Assembly (NCBI GenBank): GCA_005191425.1
Contig: SUPR01000026.1
Location: 1-32,000 of the forward strand
Origin: Candidatus Helarchaeota ASGARD archaeon Hel_GB_B
GTDB lineage: Archaea > Asgardarchaeota > Lokiarchaeia > Helarchaeales > HEL-GB-B
Reading direction: 5' to 3'
DNA length: 32,000 nt
The notes under the pieces were generated by a model. It made no database searches, was not told the origin of the DNA, and saw only the letters and a program-made list of their open reading frames with translations. This document shows positions 28,900 through 32,000 of the stretch, one piece after another. Position numbers and translations under genes: made by a program. The first letter of the stretch is position 1. Each line of letters opens with the position of its first letter.

Positions 28900-29709
28900 A
28901 TGCCAATGAGTGAACGAAGAAAAAAGAAAAAAATTAAAGAATTTGAACCACAATACTATCCTGAATGTGATTACGTTGCTGAAAGACGCCGTAAAATTAT
29001 AAACCCAAATCGAAGACTAACAAAATTACGTCACATTCCTGACGATAATATAATTTCTTTATTAGGACATAGAGCTCCGGGTGGACTATACACTTCTATT
29101 CATCCTCCACTTGATGAATTGATGGAATCTTTTGACCCAATTAAAGAATTGATAGTCCCAAGTGATGGAGCAAAAATGGGTGATCGTATACGATTTGTCC
29201 AAATAATTGATTCATTTTGGAGACCACCTGTTGCACCATGGTTAAGGCATAAGTTTTATTTTACAAGGTTTAGAGGGGCTGATGTTGTAATTGATGCTGA
29301 AAGAACACTATTAGAAATGAGAGAACGTGATGTTGAAGCAGCAACAAAACTTCTCCTTGAAATGGAATTATTTGATCCCTCTAGAACTTCCTTAAAATCT
29401 GTTTCGCATGGTGGATATTCACATAGATTAGATGAAAACGAATTATCTTTTGATTTGCGGAGAAGATGTATTCTTGACAAAGAATCAGGGCATATAATTT
29501 ACGTCAAAAATATGTCTGGCGAAATATTAGACAAACCTATTTCATTGGGTTTTCCTATAGCTGATGAAGATCTGAAAACTATTGACGTTACTTGGCGCTG
29601 GGACAGTTCTCAATATAAGTCAAAAAGCGAAATCTTAATGGTCTTAAGTCGTATAGCTGAGAACCGTATTTTGGGAGGTTTTAAACCTAATATGTTAAAT
29701 TATAGGTGA
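28900..29709 (+). CDS. mcrG: Methyl/alkyl-coenzyme M reductase gamma subunit homologue (divergent)
   Basis: PQYYP, LLGHRAPG, SIHPPL, GAK.GDRIR..Q..DS, RFRGAD, RERD.E, FDP.R and RLDEN...FD.RRR. Confidence 0.92.
   Translation: MPMSERRKKKKIKEFEPQYYPECDYVAERRRKIINPNRRLTKLRHIPDDNIISLLGHRAPGGLYTSIHPPLDELMESFDPIKELIVPSDGAKMGDRIRFVQIIDSFWRPPVAPWLRHKFYFTRFRGADVVIDAERTLLEMRERDVEAATKLLLEMELFDPSRTSLKSVSHGGYSHRLDENELSFDLRRRCILDKESGHIIYVKNMSGEILDKPISLGFPIADEDLKTIDVTWRWDSSQYKSKSEILMVLSRIAENRILGGFKPNMLNYR
29704..29709 (+). promoter_or_regulatory. RBS-like AGGTGA for mcrA, overlapping the mcrG stop
   Basis: AGGTGA 6 nt upstream of ATG 29716; supports translational coupling of the operon. Confidence 0.55.
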
Positions 29710-29715
29710 ATTAAA

Positions 29716-31539
29716 ATGAGTGGACCGTTAAAAAAAGGAAAATTACCAAAAGAATTAACAAGTCAAATGGAAGCAACAGCAGCTGCCTCTCAATATCTTC
29801 GACAGGCAGTAAAAAATATGCGTGATTTTATACCACTTGAAAAGCAACGCCGAATATATAAAGATCTTGAAAAAATGTTTGGTGTTGACCCGTTAAACCT
29901 AATTGATGAAAAAATGTATATGAGAAAAGGATTTAACCAGTCCGCAGCGATAATGAAAAATAAAGAATTAGGTAGATTAATCGCTTTAGACCGTTTTATT
30001 CCAATGTATGACCCAAGTGTAAGTGAACCAATTGGTCATCAGCAATTATTTCCATATAAAATATCTGGTACTGACGAAATTGTATCTGGAAATTCTCTTC
30101 ATTGTTTCAATAATGTCGCGATGCAACAGTTATTTGATGATGTCAGACGCACTACAATTTTAAATCTTGATGTCCCTCACAAAGTGATTCAAGTGCGAGC
30201 AAGTAAAGAGGTTACACCTGAAACTATTGATCATTTTCTTAAAACTTTACAACATACAATTGCAGGTGGTACTGTTTCACTTGATCAGTTTGCTGATATA
30301 AATCCTGAATTAACCAGAGATGCATATTGTAAAATAATCACGGGAAATGACGAATTAAGAGAATTAATTGATAATAGATTTTCTATTGACATTAATGCCG
30401 GCTTTCATAAATCTAGAGCTGAAAAGTTAAAACATGCAATTGGTGATACAATACATTTAGTTGTTAGAGCACCAACAATACTAGTAAGAGCATTAGATAA
30501 TTCAGTTGCTTTTAAATGGGCCGGAATCCAGAGTACTCTGGCATTTATCGTTGCTTATCGTTTGACCAAAGATTCTAACCTTGCAGATATTTCATATGCA
30601 ACTCAATATGCTAATACCATAGCTCTTGGAGAACCTACATGGCAATCATTAGGCGGACATTATAATTCAATCGCCGGTATTCCTTTTGGCTATATAGCTG
30701 ATATGTGTCAAGGTGATTCTCAATTACCTTTAAGACCTTTTATGGAAATTACAAATGAAGACCCCAAATTGTCTCGTGAATATTTAAAAAAGTCTATTGG
30801 GTGTGTAGGCGTTATCGCTCCCATTTTAACAAATTTTTGGGATGGATATCAACTGTCTGGTGGTGCCAATATCCTTGATAATGTTGTTATAGACACCTTT
30901 ACTGGTGGTATATTTGATGATTTTATTGATATTATGAATGATATGATGAACAAATATTTTTCGCGTATTGTCAAAATTGGCATGAATTTAATGCCAACTC
31001 GCTGGTATAATTTAAGATGGCCAGTTGAAAATATGGTAAATATTGTTATGGAAACAATGGAAAAATATCCATCGGCTATGGAAACTTTAAAACTAGGTAT
31101 TCAAAAAATGTATATAATTGGGCTCGTAGCAGGGATAATGGCATCTCTCTTATCTGGAAGTTCAACTGCTGGATTATGGGCTATTGATTATGCAATCAGT
31201 CTTTTAGTAAAAGAGGGTTGGTGCCGCACAGGGACAACTGGCTATGAAATTATCAATCAATTAGGGCTCCCTTATTCATGTTCATTACGTATTGAAGAAG
31301 GTGGATTACCAGAACTAAGAGGTATGAATAATTTTCATCAAATCCATTCAATTGGTAGCGCAGTCCCCAGAATCGCTGTATTATATGCAGCTGCACTAGC
31401 CCGGGGGGATGCTTGGGTATCAAGCCCTCTAATTAAAGTAGTTTTCAATGACCCTCACCTTTCATTTGATTTTAAAGACCCAATATCTGCTATTATTAAA
31501 GGTACAAAAGGTGAATTTAAACCTAAAGGAGAAAGTTAA
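29716..31539 (+). CDS. mcrA: Methyl/alkyl-coenzyme M reductase alpha subunit homologue, ACR-like and highly degenerate at the active site
   Basis: IPMYDP, LH..NN.AMQQ..DD.RRT, KEVTPETI, TGNDE, G.PFGY.AD.CQ, SGG, GLPYSCSLRIEEGGLPELRG, ARGDAW and PLIKV.F.D..L.FDF. Confidence 0.93.
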   Translation: MSGPLKKGKLPKELTSQMEATAAASQYLRQAVKNMRDFIPLEKQRRIYKDLEKMFGVDPLNLIDEKMYMRKGFNQSAAIMKNKELGRLIALDRFIPMYDPSVSEPIGHQQLFPYKISGTDEIVSGNSLHCFNNVAMQQLFDDVRRTTILNLDVPHKVIQVRASKEVTPETIDHFLKTLQHTIAGGTVSLDQFADINPELTRDAYCKIITGNDELRELIDNRFSIDINAGFHKSRAEKLKHAIGDTIHLVVRAPTILVRALDNSVAFKWAGIQSTLAFIVAYRLTKDSNLADISYATQYANTIALGEPTWQSLGGHYNSIAGIPFGYIADMCQGDSQLPLRPFMEITNEDPKLSREYLKKSIGCVGVIAPILTNFWDGYQLSGGANILDNVVIDTFTGGIFDDFIDIMNDMMNKYFSRIVKIGMNLMPTRWYNLRWPVENMVNIVMETMEKYPSAMETLKLGIQKMYIIGLVAGIMASLLSGSSTAGLWAIDYAISLLVKEGWCRTGTTGYEIINQLGLPYSCSLRIEEGGLPELRGMNNFHQIHSIGSAVPRIAVLYAAALARGDAWVSSPLIKVVFNDPHLSFDFKDPISAIIKGTKGEFKPKGES

Positions 31540-31559
31540 ATACTGGATTAGTGGTCAAA

Positions 31560-32000
31560 ATGGAAGATAAAAATAAAAAATATGTTAATGAACCCTGGTG
31601 GAAAAAAGAATTTAAAGATGGATGGTGGAAAGAAGTTTCCTGGATACACCCCCAAGATACTGAACCATCTGGAGTTAGTTTATTCATTGATTATATGCTT
31701 GATAAGGCAATTATCACTCCAGACGCTGTTAAAATAGCAAGTTGGATACCCCATAGGTTAATATTACTGGAAATTGTCCACCCTTTAAAAGGAACTGAGC
31801 GGTTATCTTTTATGATCTCGCCAACTTCTGTTACTCCTGGAATCCCTGACGTAACACCTGATGTAATTGTAACTTACGATTATTATGACCTTGCTAAATT
31901 CTTAATTGGAAGAGAAAAAGATTTCACTATGTCTTTTTGGAAGGGACATTCTAGAATATATGGTAATCTTACTGCATTGATTGATTTAGCTGATATTCTT
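31560..32000 (+). CDS. Partial ORF (not in the ORF track, runs off the window) with an SCP2-like lipid/sterol-binding domain
   Basis: My translation gives 147 uninterrupted codons from ATG 31560: MEDKNKKYVNEPWWKKEFKDGWWKEVSW...PDVIVTYDYYDLAKFLIGREKDFTMSFWKGHSRIYGNLTALIDLADIL. The last 50 aa fit the SCP2 pattern aD.tit...dl..ll.G..d...af..G.lri.Gdl.al..l..ll. Confidence 0.72.
   Translation, partial: MEDKNKKYVNEPWWKKEFKDGWWKEVSWIHPQDTEPSGVSLFIDYMLDKAIITPDAVKIASWIPHRLILLEIVHPLKGTERLSFMISPTSVTPGIPDVTPDVIVTYDYYDLAKFLIGREKDFTMSFWKGHSRIYGNLTALIDLADIL

Noticed and set aside
27503-31539. Calling the organism a methanogen or alkane oxidiser, or calling mcrBGA pseudogenes
   Set aside because: The active-site substitutions do not support a metabolic call. 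The absence of frameshifts, stops or truncations does not support a pseudogene call.

Overview
Very AT-rich archaeal DNA with short, gene-dense blocks separated by AT-rich spacers of 0.4-0.9 kb. An Asgard origin (Helarchaeales-like) is inferred from TFB, L35Ae, a PAC2 chaperone, a ubiquitin-like module and an alkyl-CoM-reductase-type mcrBGA operon; this is not proven. The left two-thirds is mostly ordinary metabolism and housekeeping: PAC2, a UPF0282 metallo-beta-lactamase, an alpha/beta hydrolase, ACT-paaK-iorA/iorB, PAP2, radical SAM, rpl35ae, tfb and nth. Two loci stand out. (1) 27503-32000: an intact mcrB-mcrG-mcrA operon in which most residues that bind F430, CoM and CoB in characterised MCRs are replaced in all three subunits. 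It is followed after 20 bp by an ORF missing from the track (31560->32000) with an SCP2-like lipid-binding domain. This may be a non-canonical or catalytically repurposed MCR-fold complex. (2) 21176-26165: a split ubiquitin-like conjugation set. It has a Ubl with GG plus a short tail, an E2-like protein with a rearranged DPC...H active site and a frame anomaly at the Ubl/E2 junction, a JAB protease, and an E1 with its own N-terminal beta-grasp-like domain. Also notable: a UxaB-like probable pseudoenzyme, an IorB with an inserted 2[4Fe-4S] ferredoxin, and a Pro/Gly-rich protein with a WH2-like helix. No tRNA, rRNA, CRISPR array or mobile element was recognised. All family assignments and residue comparisons are by-eye alignments to reference sequences recalled from memory; no searches were run.
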